Shown: one piece after another, positions 1 to 12,300 of the stretch | How the letters are laid out: every line of letters starts with the position of its first letter | How positions within the stretch are numbered: position 1 is the stretch's first letter | Assembly: GCA_964016885.1 (NCBI GenBank) | Contig: OZ024740.1 | Span: 264,306,001-264,370,000, forward strand | Length of the DNA stretch: 64,000 nt | Origin: Eledone cirrhosa | Taxonomy: Eukaryota | Direction: 5' to 3' | The notes under the pieces: generated by a model | What the model saw: only the letters and a program-made list of their open reading frames with translations | What the model was told of the DNA's origin: nothing | Database searches by the model: none | Made by a program: the position numbers and the translations under genes

Positions 1-18
1 TGTGTTTTCATTGTGTCC

Positions 19-957
19 TTAATTGTAAGTTGTGATGTTGCTGTTCCACTCATATTTTCTATTTAATTTTGGTTGTAATTCTTTTATACTTACTGCCTTT
101 GTAATTTGCCTAAACATTGCATCTTTTCTGTGTGTGGATTCTATTTTTATTTCTATGTTCTCTAATCTACCCCTGTGTTCTATCTTAGCATGTTGGTAGA
201 GCACAGATGATTCTTTATTATCTTGAAGGTCTCGCCAGTGTTCATTTATTCGTTCCCCTATACTACGAGCTGTCTCACCTATGTACACTATATTTTTGTT
301 TCTACATTGTCCTTCAGTACATCTTATGCTATACACTACATTTCTAGTTTTACAGTTAATATGGGGGCTTATTTTACAGGTTATACATTTCTTATCTATA
401 CATGAGGGTCTTTGGAATGGGTATGTCTTGCTAATAAGTGTTTTTACGGAGGTACCTGGTCTTTCTACTATCTTAATATTGAGTTTATGTTTATTTAGGG
501 CCCTTCTAAATGTGTAGGCTAGTTCGCCTCTAGGGTTTGTATTGATGAACATTACACTCTGGTATTTATTGCTATCATACCATGAGTTTATTCTATTGGC
601 CTTGTTCCTAGTTCTTTCTATTCTATTCCCAAATTTGCTCCTATACAAGGGGCAGGTCCCATTTATGTCATTATTTACCATTTTTTCCCATTTGGTTCTG
701 GCTCCTCTATACACTCTGATTCTATCTCTCTGATTGTAGCCAGAGAACTGCATACGGTGGATGAAGTGTTGTATGTATCTCTCTAGTTTCTTCGGGGTTG
801 CACATGCGGGACACATTTCTCATCACCCGTACCAAATCCGCAATCAGTATGTTGATTTGGGTATGGTCCGAAATGGCCGAGTTTCGGTGGATCAGATGTT
901 TGGAAGTCATGGGTTTGGCATAATGGGAATGGAGGATTTGTTTTTGGTTGTTATAAA
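19..957 (-). mobile_element. Penelope-like element, 5'-truncated (RT thumb + GIY-YIG endonuclease)
   Basis: ORF 19..816 has VVYSIRC...IVYIGETAR...RINEH (GIY-YIG). It is near-identical to 55855..56745. 958-1008 is an inverted copy of the pLTR piece seen near 55465-55510. Confidence 0.9.
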
Positions 958-1029
958 TATATAATAAATTGAAGTGAAACAACTGGTGCGTGTGTTTCTT
1001 ATTGGCAACTAGGATATTCAAATCCATAC

Positions 1030-1270
1030 CATTCACCAGAGTCGCTCGACGCTGGATGGATGGACCGTTGAAGTTGTGCGGGTTGTGATTTGTACCAGAC
1101 CTCCAGGTAGATAATAATTTGCGTGAGGTAGCGGAAGCTATCCCTGAAAAGTCGGCTGCAGGTGGCGAATTTGTACATCGCGTCCATCTTCTACTACCAC
1201 CATATTGGAACGTCTGCTCTTCAGATTTTTCTGGACGGGACAGCTTCTATTCATGAGGTCCATCTGTTAC
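1030..1270 (+). pseudogene. Degenerate Tx1 ORF2 fragment
   Basis: Translates to WMDGPLKL...PDLQ...KLSLKSRLQVANLYIASIFYYH, matching WTDGPVKL...KLSLKGRAEVANAYIASVICYR of ORF 3568..6987. Confidence 0.7.
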
Positions 1271-1284
1271 CGTTCCAGACCCCA

Positions 1285-3050
1285 CTAACAGTAAAGGGCG
1301 AGACATTTCTATAAAGCATTGCAGCCACATAAAGAAATCCGGCTGTCCGGCTCCGATCGGGCCGTAGACGACCACCATTCTAAAATCACCACGTTCGCTA
1401 TTGTTCACATCCAGTATCATCAACTTTCCGTCCGGGTCCAGGAAGATCGACCTTGCCTCCAGTCCTTTCCTAAACAGAACTCCCACTGCACCTCCTATTT
1501 CTGGTCAAGAGATGCGAAGATCTGATATTCTTCGACAATGGGGGCTAGTGCGCATGTGTCGAAAACACTGCTCTCGCTGACGGCAGTCGCATCCATATCT
1601 ACTGACCTAAGGTTGTTTAACAAAAGACCCTGTTTCCACGAGACCTATGCCCATGAAGATTCAAACATCCTACATTTAAGATGGCCACATTAGCCTTTTG
1701 AAATTAGGTCTACTTACCTGTTGGAGGTTTGTAGAGGTCGGGTGGTTCCACCTCCATATTTGGTGGGGGTTTCTTTTGGGAACCTCTGAAGCAGTCTTCT
1801 TGTTGGTCTTATATTCTTGGTCTCCACGTCCTGGGGAAAGTTCTTCCATATCACTTTCAAGGTATCGAACGACATCCGTCCAAGAAACAAATCTTCTGGC
1901 ACGTAAACTCTGTTCGGGCCAAATGTTTCTCTCTTCTCGATTTCTTGTTTTTGTGCTGTGAGGTTCATCAATTCCACGTTGGCCTTTCTTATAAACATGA
2001 AGTTTTGTGAGCGTTATTTTCGTGGTGGTTGTACTTGTGTGCGTTTGTGTGATTGTAGTGGTGTTAGTGTTGTTGGTGTTGTTGATGTGTCTGTGTTTAG
2101 GGTGAGTGTGTTGTATTCGATTTCATTTGTTTGTATGTGTGTGATGTTTGCGGCTTTCCTTTTCTTCTGTTTTAGTTTTTTTCCCTTCTTTCGTTGTTCC
2201 CCGTCTGTGTTATAAGAAGACGAGGATTCTGTGTTATCTTCTGGCGTTTGAGTGATTCTGTTTGTCCGTGTGTTTATGTGTATGTATTTATTTGAGGAGG
2301 GGGCGCTGAAGAGATTTTCTCATTTTCCCCTGGGATAATATTGCTGTTGTTGGTGATTCGCCTGCTGTTGCTGCAGTTGCTGGCAATACAGGTGCTGGTG
2401 TTGATATTTGTGTAGTTTTCTATCAGATCATTGGCATTTACAGAAACTGAGGCTTGCGGTTACCTGCATTTTTTAATCTGAGGGAAAAAGGCTCTCTGAC
2501 GAAGCAGTTTGGCTTTCTACCCTCAGTCAACACATCTATGTTGGACCCCTCATGAAGAGACACATTCTCCGCGATCTTTTTCATTTCGTCTTGTTCAATT
2601 TAGAGAATAATCTCGAAATCCATCCTAGACTAGTCCTCTCTAGACGTTTTTCTTGCGTCAATGAGGGCACGATCCGTACCTTCATTGACCACGCACCGCA
2701 GGAGCCAAAATAGACAGAGTCCCGGCAGGCTTTTACTCTCCTCCCGCCCATGTGGGACGGGTACATCACCATGCGTCACCCATTGTTTAATAACAAAGAC
2801 CTCGGTTTTGAACAGCACCGAGATGGGGTGGAACTGTCTGGCCTTGTACTCTATATCACCGTTGATGCATTGCAATGCAGCTTCGATTTCATTCTGGGTG
2901 GCGAGTTCGGCTTTGAGGGTCTGCACTGAAATGCATCTATATGTCAACGTCCTCCGTTGCATTGCGGCCAGTACTTCGACATTGCTGTCACGTGACAGTT
3001 GGGTAAACGTTTTCTCGTTCCCCTACATGTTTCCTTTCGAAAATTGAAAT
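1285..3050 (-). mobile_element. Degenerate L1/Tx1 element (ORF1 remnant + APE endonuclease start)
   Basis: ORF 1247..1486 (SIFLDPDGKLMILDV...VYGPIGAGQPDFF) parallels the ORF2 APE of the intact copy. ORF 2630..2962 resembles ORF1. Many stops. Confidence 0.75.
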
Positions 3051-3249
3051 ATTTTTGGGAAACGAAGTTCGAATAAGTCGGTCCAAGGCCCAAATATTAT
3101 GTGGCAGCCTTAATGCAGAGCAATGTGTGGCGACGTATCTATAATATGTGACAGAAATATAACAATGAAAGTAACATATGCACTTGAAAATTAACAGAAC
3201 TTACGGAGTGATATTCATATACGTATTGACAGACCAAGGAACAACAACA

Positions 3250-3306
<57 letters not shown>
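3250..3306. repeat. (AAT)n microsatellite at the Tx1 3' end
   Basis: Pure aat run. Confidence 0.95.
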
Positions 3307-3308
<2 letters not shown>

Positions 3309-3567
3309 TTTCTTTATTAACCACAAGGGTTTACATAAAGTAGACATTAAGGACAGTGCAGGACAATGCAGGACGGTACAAATGGGCATTTCTGCGTGTA
3401 AAAAACAAAAACAGAGGATGTAACAAAAATAACAATGAAAATAACAATGAAAAATTCCCCAATAGGGGGGAGACTTCGGAGGGACATTTGTGGAGAAAGC
3501 CCAGTAAAAAGCCACAATGACCCTGACCACCAAGGCAAGTGCCCTCTCCCAGTTTTCCACCTTTAAT

Positions 3568-6500
3568 TTACAGATATATACTCAGAGTAGGCCCATTCAC
3601 TCGGGCTATGCTTGCTTCTCTCACCCATCTTTCAACAAAATGCTGGGAAGAGAGCACTTCCCTCTCTACTCTGATTTTCCTTTTCAAATGAAATTTGAAA
3701 AAGTCAATCAGAGCATCACCGAAGAGGTAAGTGCTCGTCTTCAGCCCTTTCAAACGTGTCCACCATACTATCTCTTTCGCCATGGCCACCAGACAGATAA
3801 AAACTGCCTGCCCTTCCCGGCTAAAGGAGGAGGGCGGGGTAATCCTCACGATGGACTCAGATGATAGCTGGATCCGTCCTAAACGCGACAGCAGGTGTTC
3901 GACATAAACCCACAAGTCAGCAATTTTCGGACACTGGACGAGTGCGTGCAGGACGGTTTCGTCGCCCTGCGCGCATCTCGGACATGCCCGGCTCACGGCA
4001 CCTCCATGCCTGTAGAGTTTATCCCGAACTGGCAAGGCTCCTCGGTAGCACTGCCAGGCCAGAGATTTCTGGAAGTTGTCCATAGGCCCCGGCCCGAAAG
4101 TTCTTCCGAAGAGATTGGCTAGTTGATTTTCGTCGACGCCTAGAGTTTCCCCAAGTACGTCGTCGCTCTTACCCTCCACTAATCCTCTATAGAATGCCGA
4201 GGTGGAGTTTCCACCGATCACATTGCCCGATTGGTCGAGGGCTGTGAGCGCCTGAAGACATTCCAGTCTCCAGGCGCTCCCTCTCGGTCTTCGCTTGACC
4301 CAGGACTGCAGCTCCGTCAAGGAAACGAGCTGGGGAAATACGCGCCTAGCAAACGGCGACCACACCTGATCACCGTCGAGGAAGAGGTAGAGATGTCGTA
4401 GCATGAGCGCGTGCCTGCGCATCATCAGCCACGGCATGCCCAGCCCTCCACGTAGCGGGTGTTGACAACAGATGGACCGCCTGACCATCGGAGCACGTCC
4501 CTTCCACAAAAAGCGAAAGAGCAAACGCTCCAGCGCAGTCAGGCGAGGCTTAGGACAAGGTACGACGGTCAGGCGGTAGCAGATGACAGACGCGATGTAC
4601 GCGTTAGCCACCTCCGCTCGACCTTTCAGGGATAGCTTCCACTCCGCCCATTTCTGGGTGAGAGAAGCCACCCTGCTCGTCACCTCGTCCCAGTTTTTGT
4701 CCGTCTCGAGGTCCGGACCGAACCAGACCCCTAGCAATTTAACCGGTCCGTCCGTCCAGCGTCCGACGACGCTGTTGGACGGCATGGACCTGCCTCTCCA
4801 GGTACCGAGCTGCAGGCCCACTGACTTTTCCTGGTTGATCATTGCTCCTGTCACCGCTTCGTATTCTCTTAGTGTAGTGCCGATCGCCTCGATGTGTTTG
4901 GCGTTCGACACCACTACGGTGACATCGTCCGCATATGCTGACACGGATCTTCCGCATCCTAGTTCGCGCGGGACTCCCCTCAACGTCTCCAGTTTGTGCA
5001 GTAATGCCTCGAGAGTCAATACGTACAAGAGGGACGAGAGGGGACATCCTTGGCGGACCGAGCGCTTGATGTTGAACGGTTCCGACAGGTGACCGTTCAC
5101 TCTCACCACAGAGCAGATGTCGCTGTGCATGGCAGCGATCCAGCCTCTGAAGACGGGCCCAAAGCCAGCCGCCCTCAGGACTGCCCCTAGGTAACGATGT
5201 TCGACCCTATCGAAAGCTTTCGACTGATCTAAATTGATCAAGGACCCACCCGTGCCAGGTTCCCTAGCTACCCTCTCTACGATGTATCGCATGAGGTGGA
5301 GGTTGTCGTGGATGGATCTGTCGGGAATGGCGCATGTCTGCGCCTCTCCCACCAGACCACCAACGACAAGCGCCAACCTCTTTGCTAGCACCTTGGCCAA
5401 AATCTTAAACTCTGTGTTTAGCAGAGTTATGGGCCGGAAATTTTCTATGTTATCCCCCTTGTTCGGATCCTTTCTCAGCAGTGCCACCGCTCCTCGGCTC
5501 ACAGAACTGGGAATTCTCCCGTTCTGTTGCCAGTTGCAGTAGACGTCCGCCAAGAGGCCTCCGAACAAGTCTGGCATCTGTACGTAAAGTTCATAGGGCA
5601 GACCATCCAAACCAGGCGATTTACCCCTTGTGCAGCCAGTCATTGCCTCCCTTACTTCAGCGGCTGTTATCGGCTTTTCGCAACACTTCGCCTCAGTGGC
5701 CGAGAGCCGCGGCAGTCCGTCGAGGTAGACACTAAAGTCCATCCCTCTACCCGGCCCACCGCTGCCCCCGAACAGCTGAGCGAAGTGTCGCTGAAAAGCT
5801 TCACACATTTTCCCGGGATCGAGTAGCATGCGCCCGTCGTGGTCCACCAAAGACCGGATCGTGGCTTTGTTGCCACGACGCGCCTCCGCCACTCGGGCCC
5901 ATTGAACGGCTTTCGTCCCCTCGTGTCTGAGAGCACGCACCCTTGCTCTGACAACGCAGCCTTCGTGCTTTGCATTGAAGAATTGGTCAAGGGCCAATTT
6001 CGCCGCAAGCACGTCGGTCGCAATGCCTTTGCTAAGCGCCTCGTCTAATTTTCTAACTAGTTCTCCCTCTGCTCTATTTTTCTCTATTGCTAAAGCCTTA
6101 CTAAACCTAATCGATTCTATTCTAATCGCTCTTTTCAGAGCAAACCACCACTTGTTGTTGACGATGGCCCCCGTCAACGCCCGCTTAACTAGTTCGCTAA
6201 TCCGGTCTCTGTAGGCCTTGCGCGCTGGTAAGGACGCGTTTAGCTTCCAGTAGCCGGGTCCTCGTCTATGAAGCCTATCTAAGTCAAGCACACAGATCAC
6301 GAATTTGTGGTCCGTGTAGCTGACTATCTTGAATTGTGGACAGCCTATGCTAGACCTATCTATTTCCCTACAAAATACTCTATCTAGATATGATCTGGAT
6401 GACCCTATGCGGTTTGTCCAAGTCCACATTGGCACATTCGGGAAATCCAATCGGTACCTGTCAGACAGTTCAAAACGCCTGAGCAGGTTGGTGAGGCTCT

Positions 6501-6987
6501 TGCACCCTCCACCCCTATCCGCTAATCCCACACAGTCCCAGCGTGCATCTAAGATCCCGTTCCAGTCGCCCACTAACACTAAAGAGCGGGACGTTCCAAG
6601 AAAGGTCTCCAGACGCCGGAAGAAATCAGGCCGCCCTGCTCCTGTCGGGGCATAGACGGCCACTAGCCTGAAAGCTTGCCCGTCTCCGCTGGTCACGTCC
6701 AGCACCACCAGCTTACCCTCTGGGTCCAGGAAGATGGCCCGTATGGCGAGATCCAAACCTCTCCGAAAAAGCACAGTAACTCCTCCACCGGATCCAGGAC
6801 GGCTGGGAGATGCGTACGCATCGTAGCCGCCGAAGATCGGTGCGAAGGCCCGTGCTTCGGAGATTCTGGTCTCGCTGATGGCCACTACATCTATGTTTAG
6901 TGACCTGAGGTCGTTGAGCAGGTGACCCTGCTTCCATGACGACCCCAAGCCACGCGCATTTATGCTGCCTATTCTGAGTGAGGTCAT
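3568..6987 (-). CDS. ORF2: AP-endonuclease + reverse transcriptase + C-terminal Cys/His motif (1139 aa)
   Basis: SINARGL, LVGDWN, YLDRVF, TDHK (APE); KSPGLDG, FRPITLLN, KAFDRV, RQGCPLS, YADD (RT); CPRC...ETVLHALVQC. Confidence 0.95.
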   Translation of the reverse strand: MTSLRIGSINARGLGSSWKQGHLLNDLRSLNIDVVAISETRISEARAFAPIFGGYDAYASPSRPGSGGGVTVLFRRGLDLAIRAIFLDPEGKLVVLDVTSGDGQAFRLVAVYAPTGAGRPDFFRRLETFLGTSRSLVLVGDWNGILDARWDCVGLADRGGGCKSLTNLLRRFELSDRYRLDFPNVPMWTWTNRIGSSRSYLDRVFCREIDRSSIGCPQFKIVSYTDHKFVICVLDLDRLHRRGPGYWKLNASLPARKAYRDRISELVKRALTGAIVNNKWWFALKRAIRIESIRFSKALAIEKNRAEGELVRKLDEALSKGIATDVLAAKLALDQFFNAKHEGCVVRARVRALRHEGTKAVQWARVAEARRGNKATIRSLVDHDGRMLLDPGKMCEAFQRHFAQLFGGSGGPGRGMDFSVYLDGLPRLSATEAKCCEKPITAAEVREAMTGCTRGKSPGLDGLPYELYVQMPDLFGGLLADVYCNWQQNGRIPSSVSRGAVALLRKDPNKGDNIENFRPITLLNTEFKILAKVLAKRLALVVGGLVGEAQTCAIPDRSIHDNLHLMRYIVERVAREPGTGGSLINLDQSKAFDRVEHRYLGAVLRAAGFGPVFRGWIAAMHSDICSVVRVNGHLSEPFNIKRSVRQGCPLSSLLYVLTLEALLHKLETLRGVPRELGCGRSVSAYADDVTVVVSNAKHIEAIGTTLREYEAVTGAMINQEKSVGLQLGTWRGRSMPSNSVVGRWTDGPVKLLGVWFGPDLETDKNWDEVTSRVASLTQKWAEWKLSLKGRAEVANAYIASVICYRLTVVPCPKPRLTALERLLFRFLWKGRAPMVRRSICCQHPLRGGLGMPWLMMRRHALMLRHLYLFLDGDQVWSPFARRVFPQLVSLTELQSWVKRRPRGSAWRLECLQALTALDQSGNVIGGNSTSAFYRGLVEGKSDDVLGETLGVDENQLANLFGRTFGPGPMDNFQKSLAWQCYRGALPVRDKLYRHGGAVSRACPRCAQGDETVLHALVQCPKIADLWVYVEHLLSRLGRIQLSSESIVRITPPSSFSREGQAVFICLVAMAKEIVWWTRLKGLKTSTYLFGDALIDFFKFHLKRKIRVEREVLSSQHFVERWVREASIARVNGPTLSIYL

Positions 6988-7022
6988 GTTTAAAATAGAG
7001 TGGAAAAGATGGGAAAGACCAC

Positions 7023-9089
7023 TTACCGTACTTTTGGTAGAGGAGGGATGGTTTTTACATCCCTTTTCACTTGATCGTCTGGCGAAGGGACCGTTGAATC
7101 GTCCCTTCGGCGGGTCGTCGGCTCTTCTAAGAGAATGTCTGAGTATACTCTTCGATTGATGGTTCCTCCTAGGTCCCTGAAATCACCAACTGCGTTGGGG
7201 AATTTCGTTTTAATATTTGTGTATTGTTTCTGTGCTATTTTTAGCAGTCTTATGTTAGTTGGCGTTTTGATTGGTGCTGGTATTATGTAGTCCTGTTGTG
7301 AAATGTCTGTGTGTTCAATTATGTAAGTCATTAGTTTCTTGTTGTGTGTGTTTATTGCCGTGTATTTGTTTTTCTGGGGGTGGGGTGTGGTTCTGCTATT
7401 TTCTTGTCGTTGTTGCTGGGTGTGTGTGTTTTGTTGTTGTGTTTGCGATGTTGGTGCTTGTGGTGGTGGTGTTGAAGGTGTTGTTGGCGGTGGGGTTGTC
7501 GCCGGTGGTGATGGTGGTGCTGGTGTGGGTGGTAATGGTGTTGGTGGTGTTGCTGCTGTGGGTCTCTTTGCAGTAGACTTTACCCTTTTCTCATTTCTTT
7601 CCTCCCTTTTCAAAGGCGACGATGCGCTGCTTCTGCGTTTGTGCCTTCTTGCGACCTTTTGCCATCCCTCTCCAACCTCACACTCCATGTCTGATTCTGT
7701 GAGGTCGGGGAGGGGTACCAGCTCCACTCTTTCACTTGTTGTTGTTGGTGATGTTTGCACTGGAGTCTCTGTTGCAGCTGCATTTGGTATTGCTGTTGTT
7801 GTTGTTAATATTTCCACTGCTGCTGCTGTTTTTGATTTCCGTGGCGTGGGTATGGGTGCCACGGACCTATCGTTCCTGGTTGCCGCTTGTCCTGTTGCTG
7901 GTAGCCGTGGAGCCGGATTCGGAAGGAGGGGGGTGTTCTCCTTTCTCAGGGTCTTCTCGTTGCAGAAGGCCCTGAGGTGAGTCTTCGATCCACAGCGAAA
8001 GCATTTCGGGCATTTGCCCTCAACACTTATGGGCAGTTGAGTGCCGTTATCGAAGTCTATCACATCCGGGATAGCTTCGATGCACTCCTGGTTGGTTTGG
8101 ATTAGCATCTCAATGGAGGAGCCGACCCAATCTTCTCTTACTTTTTTTTGTACTTGCAGTACAGTTGTTTTGTCCTCGATTCCGACGAGGACAGACGCGG
8201 CCAGCCAAGAAAGGGTCATTCCGGAGGGGACGTGGGTCAGTTTGACCCTCACAATTTTTTGCCCGCAGTAGGAGGGCACCAACACCATTTCCTCGCTTCT
8301 TAGGGTCACTACTGATTGGGCCTTTGCCTCCTGGGGTGTGGCAAAAAGTACGTCTACGGTGGCATATTTTTTGCCTCGGGTGATGTGCGTTTTCCGCTGC
8401 CACACAGACCCCAAGGCTTTTTCTATTTGAGCCTCTGTGGCTCTTTCCACCCTACGGGATTTTGTACTTACTGTACGGTACGTGACCGTACAGTGCTCTT
8501 GGGTTTCGAAAAATTTTTCCGCTGCCTTGCAGATTGCTCGGTGTCCGTTCTTTGTCACCATCTTCTTCGCTTCCTCTAATTCCTCATTTGTTATGAGGAT
8601 TGTTTCCAAGTTTTTCGCAATACCTGCAAATGAGATTGGTTTTTCTCTGCTGTTGTTGTTGTCGTCAGAGCTGCTGGTACTTTTGTTGTTGCTGCAGGTA
8701 CTACGACTAGTGCCTCCGCCGCTGTTGCTGTGGTTGTTGTTGGTGTTGCTGCTGCTAATGCTGTTGTTGTTTATGCTGCTGGTGATGCTGTTGCGGCTGC
8801 TACTGTTGTTTTCATTGTCACTGTTGCTGTTGTTATTACGGCTGCTACTGCTATTATTCCTGACGTCAGACGAATGAACTGGGTTTTCGTATTTCCCGCA
8901 CACCTGTTTCGTCGCTGTCGTCGTCGTGGAGAAACCTTGCACGCTTTGCACGAGACTTTTCTTTTCTTTCGTCACTTGCGAAAGAGAAGGGAGGGAGAGA
9001 GACAATCTTCTCTCTGCTGTAGTGATGATTGAGGAAGAAGAAGACGGAATGAGTGGGAGTGACGTATGAAATTTCTTTTTCGTAGCCAT
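7023..9089 (-). CDS. ORF1: gag-like nucleic-acid-binding protein with CCHC zinc knuckle (688 aa)
   Basis: CFRCGSKTHLRAFC (CX2CX4HX4C); lies directly upstream of ORF2; Asn/Ser and Pro/Thr low-complexity tracts. Confidence 0.9.
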   Translation of the reverse strand: MATKKKFHTSLPLIPSSSSSIITTAERRLSLSLPSLSQVTKEKKSLVQSVQGFSTTTTATKQVCGKYENPVHSSDVRNNSSSSRNNNSNSDNENNSSSRNSITSSINNNSISSSNTNNNHSNSGGGTSRSTCSNNKSTSSSDDNNNSREKPISFAGIAKNLETILITNEELEEAKKMVTKNGHRAICKAAEKFFETQEHCTVTYRTVSTKSRRVERATEAQIEKALGSVWQRKTHITRGKKYATVDVLFATPQEAKAQSVVTLRSEEMVLVPSYCGQKIVRVKLTHVPSGMTLSWLAASVLVGIEDKTTVLQVQKKVREDWVGSSIEMLIQTNQECIEAIPDVIDFDNGTQLPISVEGKCPKCFRCGSKTHLRAFCNEKTLRKENTPLLPNPAPRLPATGQAATRNDRSVAPIPTPRKSKTAAAVEILTTTTAIPNAAATETPVQTSPTTTSERVELVPLPDLTESDMECEVGEGWQKVARRHKRRSSASSPLKREERNEKRVKSTAKRPTAATPPTPLPPTPAPPSPPATTPPPTTPSTPPPQAPTSQTQQQNTHTQQQRQENSRTTPHPQKNKYTAINTHNKKLMTYIIEHTDISQQDYIIPAPIKTPTNIRLLKIAQKQYTNIKTKFPNAVGDFRDLGGTINRRVYSDILLEEPTTRRRDDSTVPSPDDQVKRDVKTIPPLPKVR

Positions 9090-9323
9090 GTTGTTTTTTG
9101 TTTAAAATGAAATTTTGGGTACAAAACCCCAATAACTGGTTATTTAACCCCGAAGGGCCAAATAACGGACAGAAAGACCCCTCTCACGAGGAGGAGGGTG
9201 TCTTTATCAACAATTTGGTTCAAGTTTTAAACAATTTACAATTGTTTTAACGGTTAAAAATTACTATACCTTACAGAGCCGAGCCTCCGTCAACCATGGC
9301 ATTCAATAATAATAATAATAATG

Positions 9324-12300
9324 ATAAAAACTAAAACTTAAAAAACAAAAACTAAGTCAGACATTCGAACACTACATTACAATGAAACTTATGCTTATTC
9401 ATTTTTGGGGCCCTTTCTGCCTGTGTGTTTGTTTGTTTATGTGTGTTCGTATACAGCGTGGTGATAATGCCACACAAGGGCCAAGTGGAATGGCGGATCC
9501 ACAGATGGATATGTAACCATACATTCGCCAATCCTCGATAAGAGTGTTTAAATATCGAACATAAACAGTTCGAATAAAGGTGAAATGGAGACTAGAACGT
9601 CATGTGACAGACTCTCACCCAACAGGTGCCCCCTGGCTCAGCAGCAGGAACCTGACTGTCAACCAAATACTGCTGATGTTGGAGGAAGGAGAAGAAGGAA
9701 AGGGGCCAGAACCAACTGGACGAAAGAATTGAATAGAACTGTTATGCAATGTTACCTGAAAAGTAACCCCAAGGAGAGGGGCTACAGGAGACGGATGCAT
9801 AACATCTGGAACGAGATTGGTTTATTTAAATTAGATGAACAAAAATTGGCCGGGCAGGCGCGGGTAATAAGAACTAATGGATGGATAAGCGAGCTGGAAC
9901 TGGAGGAACTGAGCAGAGAGAATGGCTTCGAGATGGCGGGTGTAGTATGCCAGACAAGCGAGCCAGTGGGAAATGAAGGTGAAGAGGTCCTGAGAACGGA
10001 GGAACCACCCGAAGCAGACAATGATCTGAATACTGAGATAAATAATACCTGGAACAGAGATACGGCCACTGAGGAGATGAATGCTGACGGGCTAGGACAA
10101 GATTCGGTTGACATCCTAAATTTAGTGGTAGATGAATTGAACAATGATAGTGGGAGACCTATGAACCTAAGATTTGTAGACAGGAAAAAGTTAAAAGAAA
10201 CAACAGCTAAGGTAAACAAAGTCATCCCATACCTTGAGGCGAGGAGCCTTCACCAGTGCAACAATATCCTCAAAGCAACAGCAAATACGGTGAGGAAACT
10301 ACTTGGTATAAAAGCGAGAGGAAACAACAGGCAAGAAAGAGCAGAGCCGTGGTGGAAGAAGCGACTGAGTGGGCAAATCGGGGAAATGAGAAATGACATA
10401 GGAAAGCTTGAGTCACTACTGAATGGGACACTAAAAAACATAGGCACTAAAAATAGACTGGAAATAAAATACAAAACTAGGAGGAAAAAGCTAAATATTA
10501 TCATAGAGGAACTGAAGCAACGCATTGTAGCAAAGAGTGCAAAAATCAGGCGATACGAGGACAGAGTCAGTCAGTATAAACAGAACCGCATGTTCGACAA
10601 CAACCAGAAGATGCTGTTTGGATAGCTTGAGGGGAAAGAAAGAGGCAACGACTTGATCCCTGGGGCGGAGCAAACTAAATCATTCTGGAGAGGAATATGG
10701 GAGCAGGATCTTAGACACAATGCCCAGGCAGGGTGGATTGAGACAGTACAGAGGGAGATCGGTGAGCAGGCACAACAACAAACTGATTTGAGTATCACAG
10801 TTGAAACTCTTAAGGGGCAGGCCAAAAAACTAACCAACGGGAAATCACCAGGCCCAGATGGTGTGCAGGGGTATTGGATTAAAGATTTAACATCCCTCCA
10901 CCCGAAGCTGACGGCCATGTTCAATGACTGCTTGGTGTCGGGTGAGGTGCCAGAGTGGTTGACAAAAGGTACCACAGTTCTGATAATGAAAGACCGAATC
11001 AAGGGTAATGATGTTACCAACTATAGACCTATCACATGTCTGTCCGTAATGTGGAAACTGTTGACGAGCATTGTGTCTGAGGAAATCTACCATCACCTCC
11101 ACACAAACAACTTGTTACCGGACGAACAGAAAGGATGCCGAAAGAAGTCACGTGGTACAAAGACCAGTTGCTTATTGATAAGATGGTAATGGGGAATTGC
11201 AGGAGGAGACACACTGATCTTGCCATGGGATGGATAGACTACAGAAAGGCATTTGACATGGTGCCTCATTCCTGGATCACCAAAAGCCTGGAGATCTTCA
11301 GGGTGGCAGATAACATCAGACAGTTGCTAGGCAGGAGTATCGGGTCCTGGGAGACAGAGTTGACATCAACTGGAGTATCCTTGGGAAGCGTGAAGATCAA
11401 GAGAGGTATCTTCCAGGGAGATAGCCTGTCCCCTCTGTTGTTTGTCCTTGCCCTGATGCCCTTGACCATTATGCTGCGAAAAGTGAGAGCAGGGTACAAG
11501 TTGGGAAGGGGAGAGCTTACCATAAATCACCTCCTCTTCATGGACGATCTTAAGCTCTTCAGGAAAAGTGAGAAGTAGTTGGATGTGCTTGTTGACACTG
11601 TCCGTATTTTCAGCAGTGATATATGTATGCAGTTTGGTATTGGTAAATGTGGAGTCATTGTGATGAAGAGGGGTAGGTTGAGCAGAAGTAACGGGATCCA
11701 GATACCAACAGGTGAGATGATAAAGGAAATTGACTCTGAGGAAGGATACAAGTATTTGGGCGTTCTGGAGGCTGATGGCATAAAGAACAAAAAAATGAAG
11801 GAATTGTTAAGAACTGAATACATTCGGAGAGTAAGGAGCGTATTGAAATCACATCTGAACAGCAGAAATGCCATAAGCGCAGTAAATTCCCGAGCTGTGT
11901 CTATTATTAGGTACAGTGCGGGAATTCTGAGATAGAATGTTGCTGAACAAAAAGAAATGGATAGGAAGACTAGGAAGCTATTGACTATCTACAACATGTT
12001 CCACAAGAGGAGTGATGTCGATAGACTCTACCTAAGGAGATCTGAGGGTGGAAGAGGTCTTATCAGCATAGAGGACTGTGTTCAGATGGAGAAAAACAAC
12101 CTATACAAATACGTGCCCTATAGTAAGGAGCCAATGCTCAGAACTGTACTGAAGGAGGGGACAGTAGGCCAGGGGATGTCCAAGGAGGAAATAACATCAA
12201 GGAGGAAGAGCAGCCTTAAGGGAAAATCCCTTCATAGTACCTTCTTTGAGAAAACTGAATTTAGAGATCCACAGACATGGAACTGGTTGAGAAGAGGAGA

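Larger units (their letters stand above)
3307..9304 (-). mobile_element. Full-length, apparently intact L1/Tx1-clade non-LTR retrotransposon
   Basis: Two uninterrupted ORFs, short UTRs, AATAAA on the minus strand at ~3313-3318, and (AAT)n on both sides. Confidence 0.93.

Noticed and set aside
7271-9032. Plus-strand Val/Leu-rich ORFs
   Set aside because: Antisense shadows of low-complexity Tx1 ORF1.
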